This document shows, piece by piece, positions 53,301 to 64,000 of a DNA stretch of 64,000 nt. Below the pieces are notes generated by a model. The model searched no databases. It was given only the letters and a program-made list of their open reading frames with translations, and was not told where the DNA came from. Source of the DNA: Tubiluchus corallicola (taxonomy: Eukaryota > Animalia > Priapulida); the NCBI GenBank assembly GCA_030141605.1, contig JAQGDQ010000045.1, positions 62,001-126,000 of the forward strand. The letters run 5' to 3'. The stretch's first letter is position 1, and the number at the start of each line of letters is the position of its first letter. The translations under genes were made by a program, and so were the position numbers.

Positions 53301-56300
53301 TTAGGGATCTGAAATTACCAAATCTCACTTTTTCAGCTATTTTTTAAATGGAATGTTATTCAAATATTTTGTAGTTTTTAATCAAATTTTGGTAGATTGA
53401 AAAGGTAGCAGTGATTTTCACGGAAAAAGATCACAGGTGACCTGTCTGAGCCCGTGAGCAGCACGGTTGAGAGTAATTTTATGACCAAGGACATACCTGG
53501 AATACTGTGATTTAGTTCTGCTAAAGTAATGCAAGAAATCTTAGCATTTTTGTTAAAATTAGCAGTCAAATTGTAATGTGGTGCATATTTTCGCGTTGGA
53601 ATTTCATGAGCTGGCACGCACTGAAACTGCATATGGCAACCCTTGCTCATTTCAAGTAGGACAAAATTATCAAAAAAGGCAGCATTTTAAGTATTTTTGG
53701 TAAAAGGGTATATAATTGCTTGCGTAATAAAGCATTGCCGAATTACCTCTGCAGGTGAAACTAAACTGATTTTTCTAAAAAAAAACTGCCGAATCACTAC
53801 TGCAGCCAAAGCTAAAGTGAATTTTTTTAAAAAAACTCTGCATAATCCTTTAGGATCTAAAGTAACATAAAATTTCAGCAAATCGAGTTGAATCAAGCTC
53901 CAATTCGGATTTGGTTTCGAATCTTCGTTTCTGGCTGATATTCGTGACATCCCTAGGCAGGGTCCTAGAGGCTAATGTGTCAAGACATTGATATAAATTA
54001 ATGAACTATACATTTAGAGTACTTGAAAAATTGTTAGCTTGAAATAATTGTTACCATTTATGCAGTTGTGAATATATAGGTTTTCAAAATATGTATACTG
54101 TATGGTGTATGTCTACTTTTTGGTGTTAATCACACAGGTAGAGCATGTGCAGATATTGTTGAGGATGAAATAGATGACGAAGATGTTGCTGTTGAAGATG
54201 AAGGGCCTGCTGGAGGCCAAACTATAGATTCTGATGCTTCTGTTATGGAGACAGATTCTGAAGGGGTATGTCGTTTTTCTCTGTAAGGGTGCAAATTTAA
54301 TGCTGGTCTGCCCGGAAATTCTTTTAAAATTGACTAAGACCGGCAGAAATCATCTGTATACCAGCTTCCTTAGCAGTTAAGCTAAGCTTGCACTGTTTAC
54401 TACGTCACCGTATTAATTAAACTTTATACATTTTCTGAGTCGACATCCACAGTTAGCGGTACCCCGCCTGATAAAATTGTAATGTTTACAGCATTGTTTA
54501 AATTAAACTGATTGTCTAAGAAGCACCTGAACACCAAATCACAAAAGTTTTCACTCGCATGTTAACTACGAATACGCCACGATGTTAATGACTTTCGTGC
54601 TGGTGCATGCTGGATGTGAACCACTTTGCCTGATGCCCTGAACAATACTATTTGAAAAAGACAAAATGTATGCGGTCATGTTATTTTACCAATTTTTAAA
54701 TGTGCATTTCGTGGCATAAGGTGTAGCTAATGTGAATGTAATCGTTGTTTATTATTAGGTTCCTGCTTTGTTTACCATATTTTAAATATATAAACGTCTC
54801 ACAGAAAGATAAGATACCACTAGAACAAATGTAAAAAGGGATTTTACAATTTATCAAATATTAACATCCATATGGCTTCGTAATAAAATAGCATGGTTAG
54901 TCTGCAAAAAGTCGAAAAACTAAATTTATCGTGGATGTAATTATACTCACCTTTCATTTTTGCAGTTTGTGTTTTCCAGCAAGAAGCACTCCTGATATGT
55001 GTAAAAAACACACATTATTTTAGTGATCGAACCGTGACCGATCAGTGATCGGTGATTGGTGAACGAACAGTGGTGTATATTGGCACGATAAAATTATTTA
55101 TGTGCAGTAACCGTATTTCGTTCAATTGTTTTCACATTGAGATCCCATGTCGAAGGGCACCAGCCATACACATGCAGCAGATTAAGCTGTTCACTTCCGC
55201 TGCTGAGTTTTGATCACCACTTATTTCACATCTTTACGGCATAGTTTGTAGTGAATGATATCAGTTTTATTCATTATGTTCCTATGAATAGGTAACTGTT
55301 TGGATTTTAATCGCATTTGCTTTAAATTTATTCAAGTCCTTTTCATATTTACTTGGTCGTTCCTTTGTAGCTGCGTTGGTGTAGGCTCACTATGCTGTAG
55401 TCATCTATCTAGAGTTGAACCTAAGTTTAATTAAATCTTACATATTAATTCTAGTTTCGTCTTTTAGGCTTTATCATCTCTTTCTTGCGATTTGATGTTT
55501 CTCAGCTGGGTCAGCCCCAGCATTTCTCATGTCAATAGTTTGTGAATTTTTCCAATTTGTCAAAACAAGGAAACAAATGCTGCAAGTTCCATTGATACTG
55601 GTTTTTATTACTTTATTGCTTAAATTAATAAAGTCCTGGTAATTGATAAAATAAGTCCCTAAAATCACACGAATGATTCAGTACAAAAAGCCATGTACAA
55701 AAAGTTTTGTGGTACTTTTATTGTCTTTTGATATGTAAAATAACTGACAAGATGGCACAGTTTAAAAATTTTGCAGCAGCAATATTTACGTATTTTGTCC
55801 GACTTGTGATTGATCAGTGAACAGCGAAGTTGATCACCTTGTTGCACAAAAATGCTGATTGGCCCATCACTACATTAGTTGAAGCTTTTGTTTTGATATA
55901 TAGCTGTGATTGCCTATTCTCCTTGAATATAATCTAGTCTAGTGGTAATTTTTGCATGTTATGCTTTTGGAAAGAATTATAAATGAAATATATTTGCATA
56001 TTTGAAGACTGTTGCCATAACTGTACCCGTTTAACCATATGGCTGCGCATGACATTTCCAGGCTTCGTCCTAGCTTCATTCACAATGGGTGAAAACATTG
56101 TGATGCATTTGACAGTTGTGATTGTGAAGACATTTGTAATGTATTGGTGCAGTACTGTTACCTCTATCATTTAACTATTAATTTGCTTAAACCTGATTTC
56201 CTGGACGTACAAATGATTTTGCAAACATCATATTTACTCTTTTACAGGAAGATGAAGAGGAAGCTGAGGTTGTTTTAAAGCCTCATCCTGATGCTCTAAC

Positions 56301-59300
56301 AAAGATTCTCTTCACGAAACCTATCAACCATATGGGTAACTTCAAGCATTGAGATTCGTTTTCAAATTTTGCTTAATCTTTACATTTTAATCAAGTTACT
56401 TCACCCATTAGAATTCGTATTTACAAATAAAAGTGTTCAGACGTCATTTAATGCTTCAGATCTGCAATTGATCAGAACTTAACTATTAACGAAATGCTAC
56501 ACATGCAATGATAATTGTGCACAGTTAGTTGTTTTTTTAACTTTCCTTTAACATTTTATTTTATTCCAGAACTTCCAGCTGGAACCATTGTAAAATTTCT
56601 GGTTGGTTTTGCCAACACCGCAGAACACGATTTTGTGGTGGACAGTGTCGATGCTGCATTTCGTTATCCACAAGACTACAGTTTTTATATTCAAAACGTA
56701 TGTCTTCAGTTTCATTACATGTTACATTGAAAACTGTTTGTGCTGTTGCAATAACTGTAAGCTTTCATTGCTCAGGCGTCTACATTTGATTATTGTAATT
56801 GTTAAAGCTGTTTAACTTTTATGCATTCATCTGTTCTTGTACATTTGTTTATATGTTAATCATTTTAAAAGCAAGGAATCATTGTTTTTGTCATATTTTG
56901 CTAACAGTTTACGGCAGCTTATTATGGGCGACTGGTTGAATCAGGAAAAGAAGCAACTTTCGATTACAGTTTCATGCCGAGTGAAAACTTTAATGCTAGA
57001 CCTTTTGGACTTACAATAAACTTGAATTATAGAGATATTGTGAGTATTTCAGCTTACATGTTTTTTTATTCTTGCAAGTAATGAAAAAGAAGTTAACTTA
57101 GCACCATTATTGTACTGTTTCAATTTATTTTTCGTTGTGTACACTGTATAAAAGTGTCATTGTGGTACTCATTGCAAGTTTTCAAATAAAATGTCACCTG
57201 GATTTAGCTGTGTAGGGACAGTATTGGGTACAAGTTTGTTAAAAACGTAACCAGGTGATGTAATTTGCACTGGAATACTCATTGAGGTTCACTATGTAAT
57301 TTTGGCAAGTTTTTGTTACCTGGAACTTCTCCATCCAAGTTTCTCTAAGTCTGCATTGCTTCATGTGACAGTGTTACTCCAGAAAAGCTGTGACCACCTC
57401 ACTGCATTTGAGAAGTGCAAATTTAAATTTTTGATATTATATAACTAAATTTTTTGTTAGAGACTTAGCAAATGCTTAAGCATACCTTGAAACATAATCA
57501 CAATAGAGATGTCTTGTATCTAAAAGGAGGAAGTGAACCTAGCATAATTAGTAAGGAGAATGTAAATTAATCAGCAGCTACTAATTATTACGAAGCTCCA
57601 GGTGCAACTTTTTTGTAGTTCTATGCCCTCTGCATCAGCAAATTATACAGACTAAGTTTCAAATCATAGTTACTTTGCAGAAATCATTAACACCAGCGGA
57701 TGTTATAATATTAATATGCCTTATAATTAAAGCATGGTGTTCTCTATTTCAGGATGGCAATTTATACCAAGATGCCGTATTTAATGAGACTGTCCAAATA
57801 GTAGAAGTTGATGATGGACTAGATGGCGAAACGTACGTCTATCGAATACTTCAAACAAATTGTTATTAAAGTTTGCAGGAGTTGAGTAGGATATGATAAA
57901 ATCAGTGCTCTGCACTGTACGTCCAGGAGTGTCAAAAATGCATTGATTTGAGCAGAAATTTCAAGATTCTTTGTCTTCTGCTGTAAAAGGAGATTTGCAA
58001 AAGGAGTGCCAAGCTGTGTTGTTAGCTTTAAATTTTTTGTATTAAAATTGAAAATTAGAGTAGGCTAAATCATTAAATTTGTGAGGGTATCAGATTTTGT
58101 TTTAGTTTATTTACAGTTGATTTCGTTTGGCTTTGTATATACGGTAGACTCACGTTGGCAGTGGAAAGTGTTAGCTGTTAGCTGACGGGTGTAGTATTAC
58201 TACTATAGAAGCATAAGTCGTCACTCACCACCCTAGTTTGCGCTGCAAAGACTTTAAATGAACATACTGCACATACTCACGCAAAACACCTATTCACATA
58301 GCACTTGAGCTGCAGTTAGTGATGACAAATGTTTCTTATGTGAAAAGCAAGCCACTCTTAAAATGATTAAGTTTATCTTCCAGAAACAGTCAAGATAACT
58401 GTAGCGGTGGGAGCGAAGGGACGAGCGTGTGACAGATTCAAAGCAAAACCGCTATGCTAGAATATTATCGCATGATAAAGGCACCTGCTTGCAAATAAAG
58501 ATGTTCTTAACGTGACTGTTTCTATATATATTATAGTGCACAAAAGCGACATGCAGATGACATAAAAGTAGTAAAAGCTCTTTGGTCACATACAAATGAC
58601 GTATTTAAGTATCTAAAGCAAAAATATTGAGTCAGTTACTGGTGGTTTTTAGATACATTTGAATAGGAACATATTAGGCGTCTGATTCTATTAACCATGA
58701 GTCTAATAAATGGCACCTACTGTATATCACAGAGATTTAGTTAAAAGTAAGTTACTTAGACTAGATTACTTTACCCGCCTAGAATAGGTAGTAGTATCTA
58801 ATGATAATTTTCATCAACAATCATTTATTAGCTTTTTCATTTACCCAATCTATATTATACCGGCACAAACCTAGACGTTTTGCTTTCATTTACGAGTTGA
58901 AAACACTATGTGCTGTTGCTTTTTGTTTGTTTTGCATATGTAGCATAGGAATTTGGCAAGATCAAGAAGAGCAGATTTATTTGCTAGTTTTGATGTGGTA
59001 ATTGCATTTATTGATAACTTTTATCTGTGATTGTTTACACAAAGCAACATTCTGATATTTTTCTTTTTTCTAGGTTTTTCCTATACTTGTTTTTGGCAGC
59101 ATGTGCGGTGTTGATACTTGTTGCCGGGCAACAATTTCTTGTTTCGTTTACTAAAAAGAAATCCCACCGTAGCAAAACTCCTGTAGAAATGGGAACTGCC
59201 AATCAGAATGATGTTGATTATGATTGGTTACCAAAGGAAACTCTCAATGATTTAAGTAAGTTTTAGTATTCAGCATCATTTGAGTAGCTTGGTAATTAGG

Positions 59301-60492
59301 CACATTAGTAGTTAACATTCAGCAGTTAAAGATTTAGCATTGTTTAATACTTCTGCTGTAATAATTCCTTAATTAAATGCGTATTTTTTATTGTTACTTT
59401 TTTGGTACTATTTGCCTGCTAAGAGTTAGCTAGATTTAAATCATAACAGAGTAAGTGTTTCTGTTTGATATTAAAAGATATGTCGATGAGTATATTAATT
59501 TTCTTGCATTCGTCTGTTTTTCACCAGCAGATGAGGCCAACAATAAAAATACTTTAATCTGATCGCCTGGGTAATATTTTTTGTTGCACACTTGGCAGTT
59601 GTATAAAATTTTATAAATTTTTTTATACGTTCATATGCTGTCGCAGGCATATAAGGGCATATCTTTTTTAATTTAAAATGTAAAACACAATTGTTATTAT
59701 TATAACAATTATTAGTATTTTCTATGAGGATGCTGCCATGTTTTTCTGCGACTAACTCGAGGCCAGCATTGCCGTTTTGCATGATGCCAATTATCATGTT
59801 GGATGCTAAAAAGTATCATATTTTCTGCCAAATCAGTGCATTAGCGATCGAGTAGTGTTGTTGCTTATGCCATAATTATCAGAACATGTTCGCATTGTAC
59901 AAAAAGACACAATCCGGTAATTATATGATAATTTAGTAATATGAAATAAAAAACTAAAAACTAAAGACGTGAAAAAATGTGCATTCAAAAAAATGCATCC
60001 AACATTACTTGCTAACTAATGGGAAATAATCAAACTTTTATTTCAACTGAACTTAATTCCACAATTTAGCTTTACACATTCACAAAGGTTTAAAAAAAAT
60101 TTCTGCCTTTTAAGCTCATGAGGTAAGATGCAAAAAAATTTTTTTGGTCAACCTGACTAAAGTTGTGCTGTTTTTTACCAAAAAGTTTCACCCAAAATAT
60201 GTTAGGTAGATAAAAAAAATAGCTGTTGTAATTTTTCACTGTATAACATTTCTTTGCTTAGCATGTTAGGGAGCTATTGTATTTATTTTTTTCTCGACTT
60301 AATGTTTTACTAATTTCTCTATCATGTTGCTTGCTTACATACATGTATAAATTTCCTGAAGGCATTACATGTCGATGAGTATCTCTTTCTTGTAGAAAAA
60401 TCTTTTCTCTTGCAGAAAAATCCCCTCGTAGGTCACCACGGCAATCACCGGGCAGGCAGCGAAGAACTAAAGGCAGTAGCGGAGACGAGTAA
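50245..60492 (+). CDS. SSR1: Translocon-associated protein subunit alpha (TRAP-alpha / SSR1), 8 coding exons: 50245-50314, 54138-54265, 56248-56335, 56570-56697, 56908-57039, 57753-57832, 59074-59255, 60416-60492
   Basis: Manual splicing gives an open 885-nt CDS (294 aa) with all GT-AG introns and matching phases. It reads: signal peptide [24 protein letters not shown]; acidic N-terminus ([16 protein letters not shown]...EDEEE); [75 protein letters not shown] + TM helix, [17 protein letters not shown]; basic tail SPRRSPRQ...GDE*. These are hallmark TRAP-alpha motifs. Confidence 0.97.
51188..52206. mobile_element. Possible old hAT-like MITE in SSR1 intron 1
   Basis: TAAGGGGTGAACA...TGCTTACCCCTA imperfect termini with TTCGAAT-type subterminal motifs at both ends; no TSD recognised. 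Confidence 0.35.
53302..53955. mobile_element. Non-autonomous hAT-type element in SSR1 intron 1, 654 bp
   Basis: Termini TAGGGAT...ATCCCTA; perfect 8-bp TSD GGCAGGGT (53294-53301 and 53956-53963). Confidence 0.85.
54138..54265 (+). CDS. SSR1: SSR1 exon 2 (acidic region)
   Basis: cacacag acceptor; (G)[42 protein letters not shown]; donor GTATGT. Confidence 0.92.
55021..55872. mobile_element. Non-autonomous hAT-type element in SSR1 intron 2, 852 bp
   Basis: Termini TAGTGAT...ATCACTA; flanking 8-mers CATTATTT / CATTAGTT (7/8); subterminal TGATC/GATCAGTGA repeats at both ends. Confidence 0.75.
56248..56335 (+). CDS. SSR1: SSR1 exon 3
   Basis: ttttacag acceptor; [29 protein letters not shown]+G; donor GTAACT. 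Confidence 0.95.
56570..56697 (+). CDS. SSR1: SSR1 exon 4
   Basis: ttattccag acceptor; (E)[42 protein letters not shown]; donor GTATGT. Confidence 0.97.
56908..57039 (+). CDS. SSR1: SSR1 exon 5
   Basis: ctaacag acceptor; [44 protein letters not shown]; donor GTGAGT. Confidence 0.97.
57753..57832 (+). CDS. SSR1: SSR1 exon 6
   Basis: tatttcag acceptor; [26 protein letters not shown](T); donor GTACGT. Confidence 0.96.
59074..59255 (+). CDS. SSR1: SSR1 exon 7 (transmembrane helix and start of cytosolic tail)
   Basis: tttttctag acceptor; [60 protein letters not shown]; donor GTAAGT. Confidence 0.97.
60416..60492 (+). CDS. SSR1: SSR1 exon 8 (coding part, stop TAA)
   Basis: ctcttgcag acceptor; (K)[24 protein letters not shown], resembling the basic SPRR...DE tail of TRAP-alpha. 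Confidence 0.9.
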
Positions 60493-62017
60493 TACAGTAA
60501 AATGACTGCCGTCAACTTAAGTATTAAAAAGGGTGCACGTTTAAATTTAATGGGTGGTAGGTGTGTGCAATGGCCGAATATTGCATTTTGCAATGGGCTC
60601 GACCAGCCTGGTATACCTTCCAAGAAAGATGTTGGGCTACAAAGTACATCAGTTACAAATATGTCCTTTCTCTGAGAATAATGAATTTACTTTGAACTAT
60701 AATAATGACGGCATAATGCAGCCCATCTCACCTAGTAGAGATCTAAATAAAACCAAGCCATATATTTGCGTAAAAATATAAATTTTAGTATAAATTTTTT
60801 CTTAAAAAAATGTATCATGTGGGGCTTACTAATTATACTACGCACTTGGCAATAAGTCGACAAGAGGAGAACATGCGCTTCCTGTACTTGTGGAGTAGAC
60901 ATTATTCAGATCAGCAAGTGATAATGTGTCAATATAATTTTGCAAAGCAACAGAGATTTTTAAAAATGTGAATTTTGTAAATTTTTCAAATTGTAGATTT
61001 TTGTTGTTTAATGGGTAAGAATTTATACATTACCTAAACCGTCGTTTAAAACTTTCCATATGAAAAATTCACATTTGTAGTTTAGGGAGCGCAACACGTT
61101 GTCACGATGCAGATTAATGTACATATAAATACGTTAATGGTACGATTCCAGGGTGTTCAGCTGGGTTATACAAGGTGTAAGTTAAGCGTGTCTTTTACTG
61201 TTATAGTTGATTAAAAGCTGTGTGATTCTGCTGTTGTCACAGTGTAAACTCTGCGACTTGCAATGTAACCCCGCAGTAACACAAATAAAACTCTTAAAGG
61301 GCCTTTAAGCTTTATCCGGATATCAGTATAAGCAGTACTCGCAGCTGGGGGATATTATACTAGAGACGTTACTGTGATTTGAATGTTCTGTATTTGCAGA
61401 AAGGGCCTATCTGTGAATATTTAAATCAAGTGTTAATAGAAATAATTTATTAAAAACCTTTCTTTGCTTGGACTAATTTGTATCACCCATATACATAATT
61501 ACTAAAGTTTGAATCCTTTCACTGTTTTTACTATGTCATCTACTAGTTGAAGAATAATTGCAAGTGTTTTTACCTTCTGTCAAGGTCATTGATTTATTTG
61601 ATAGAAATATAGCGTAAGTTTAACACTGGTGCTGATTATTGGCTAATGTTGGGGGGGGGGGGGAGCATGCCTTGTTTTGTTCTTGTTTATAAATAAATTA
61701 AACAGAAGCAAACCGAACCACCTAGTAACTCCTGCCATTTCTGTGTCAGTATATGCAAGTAATCAAAGCTTCATGACTTGTATCTAAAATTTAGGATTTT
61801 GTTTTTGCTGCTTAGTGTAAAAACAAAATTAGTACAATGAGTGTTTTCTCAATATTAAGAATTATTATCTACTGTGATGTACAGAGTTACTGCAAATCGG
61901 AATTTAAATTGAATTCCAAAATTCAAATGGGAATCCATTTGGGAAGTGATACTTTTGGGAAGCATCTAGCCAAATTGCATGTTCCTAATTACCCCCGTTC
62001 AACAACTAAATTATGTA

Positions 62018-62622
62018 CAGTCTAGCCTCGTTATCTCGCCACTGTCCGTCTAGGGCAAATTTTTGGCGAGAGGCGAGTATGGCGAGATAACGGGAATATA
62101 ACGAAGTTAGTCTATATGTATATACATAATAGTTGATTAACATAGTGTTCCTCTATGTACATATAAAATAGACAAAACAGTTTTCGCTTCAGAGACATCA
62201 TGTAAAGTTGCTCACACTTTGTGGAAACTCAAACTTAAACGCAGCTTTGGTGTAAGGATATCGGTGATGCTTTAGTTTCTCTGCACATTAACCAACCACA
62301 GCACTCCTAATCTAATCCTGGTGAGACACACACTAGATTAATTATGTCTGTCTATCGAGTACAGCAGCATTCTCTAAATACCGCTGTTATATTGATCGAC
62401 ACTCGGTATATGTATTGATCGATTCACCTCTGAGTTTGTCTGTTTGGCGACATAACGAATATAGTTTACATAAGCACTCAGCCTTATGACGTGGCGAGGG
62501 CGAGAAGCGAGGGTGGCGACTTAACGAGGTAAATATCAAAGCAGGAAATCCGTCCTGGTACTTTCTATGGTGAGAGACGAGTTTGGCGGCATAACGAGGG
62601 GCGAGATAACGAGGTTAGACTG
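62018..62622. mobile_element. Non-autonomous Tc1/mariner-superfamily (pogo/Tigger-like) MITE, 605 bp
   Basis: 23-bp TIR CAGTCTAGCCTCGTTATCTCGCC / GGCGAGATAACGAGGTTAGACTG (1 mismatch); TA on both flanks; internal repeats of GGCGAGATAACG. Confidence 0.92.
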
Positions 62623-64000
62623 TAATTGTAAATAAAACTAACACATGGATTAAAACAATATTCTCTCCCTGCAGAAGAATGACAATTTGCTTTAAATGTT
62701 TAGATTTTTAGTATTGCTGTAGGTGTTGAATCACAAAACCATTGTTCAAAAACACTTGCTGAATCATAATAAGTGACAAAAGTACCCCATTAGTTACTGC
62801 CTTTCATCTGCTGATCACTTGGTACCTAACATGAAATGAGGAGCCAGTAAGCGACTTTATTGCTAGTGTAAGTTATGCTTCTGAAAATAATTGCACAAGG
62901 TGTTTCTCACAATATTTGCAAACAATTTCAGTATGCATTAATTTTGTGATTTATAGTATTTGGGAAACTGAACATGAAGTTAATAAAAGTACATTTAAGT
63001 CAATAGGATGTTCACTTGTAACTCATTTTAAATAGAAATTGAAATGTTTATTGTGTTTTAGGATCTGCTAATTGAACTTAAACCTTTCTGTGAAGTGCAC
63101 AAATATTTTACCAGTTATAAAACCATCTATGGTGTTTATCTTATGGAGTCATTTTATTCTATTTGGTAAATTATGAGCCAACTTTTTGAAAAAAATTGTT
63201 CACAGGCAGTAACATATGTATGTGCAGCTAACTAGTATTATCCATTTTTATTTTCTAATTTTGATGAGTTCACTTATAGTCAACTATTTTAATTTTCCAA
63301 CAGCATTTATTATAAACTTGTAAACATTTAATTTAATTGTAGCTGCTTTATAGTGAAAGTCAAATTTGATCAAAGCCTCTTGTGTACATGCTTTTGAATG
63401 CATGGCTTCATTTCTTAAAAAAAAAGCTAAAAATTTGGTATGCATGTGTTCTGTAATTCCAGTGATTGCCTTAAAGTTAACTGTAAATATAAAAAATAGT
63501 GAAAACTTGAAATATCATTTGCAATTTATTGATGTTGTATATGGTACTGGGGTATTTCTAACTGGTTGTTATATCATGTGTTATGGAGGACTTTTTTTAA
63601 TAAAATAATGAATTTGATACTTTGTTAACATCCTTTTTATTCCAGCAATAAACATAAAAACAGGCACTGACTATTAAAACAAATCTTGATAGAAAGATAA
63701 AAATATGAGAAAATAAATGTAGATAAATACATTGAGCAGTAAATATAGCTTTGGTACATTACTCAGATTACTGCTGAATGGAATACACGAGATTTTATAC
63801 TTTATAAAAAGAAAAGTCAGTTAGAATACAAAATTTCTGTATGCAGGCAATTTTGTCTTGAACTGGAACTGTCTACTAATTGTCTAACTGGCATAGCAAA
63901 GCCACACCTCTTGCTATCCAATGAGATTCGGGTTTATCTGTGGGGATCTTTATGGGCAACACAAAGTTTGTTGAGTGCCCAGTTGTGGACAAGACACCTT

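Noticed and set aside
60258-60623. 121-aa minus-strand ORF
   Set aside because: Antisense shadow of SSR1 exon 8 and its flanks; no recognisable protein features.
61294-61308. Palindrome TTAAAGGGCCTTTAA in the SSR1 3' region (possible footprint of a TTAA element)
   Set aside because: Only 15 bp; expected by chance in AT-rich DNA.

Overview
AT-rich, intron-rich animal (invertebrate-like) genomic DNA; no prokaryotic operons, CRISPR, rRNA or intact tRNA were seen. The one confidently identified gene is SSR1 (TRAP-alpha, translocon-associated protein alpha) on the + strand. I reconstructed it by hand as 8 coding exons (50245-60492) with GT-AG introns and consistent phases, giving an 885-nt CDS (294 aa). 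The left ~47 kb has no clearly intact protein gene. It appears to be the 5' intronic and regulatory region of a minus-strand gene whose body lies left of the window, with several candidate alternative non-coding first exons. Inside that region is a ~6.3-kb decayed multi-exon minus-strand gene (28561-34890) with a broken C2H2-like finger, possibly a dead intron-containing DNA transposon. The rest is repeats: three LINE RT remnants, several non-autonomous hAT, Tc1/mariner and TTAA-type elements with visible TIRs and TSDs, a foldback element with inverted tandem arrays, Helentron/HINE-like pieces and local tandem duplications. I found no strong evidence for a wholly new biological system; the best leads are the decayed gene and the multi-promoter architecture.
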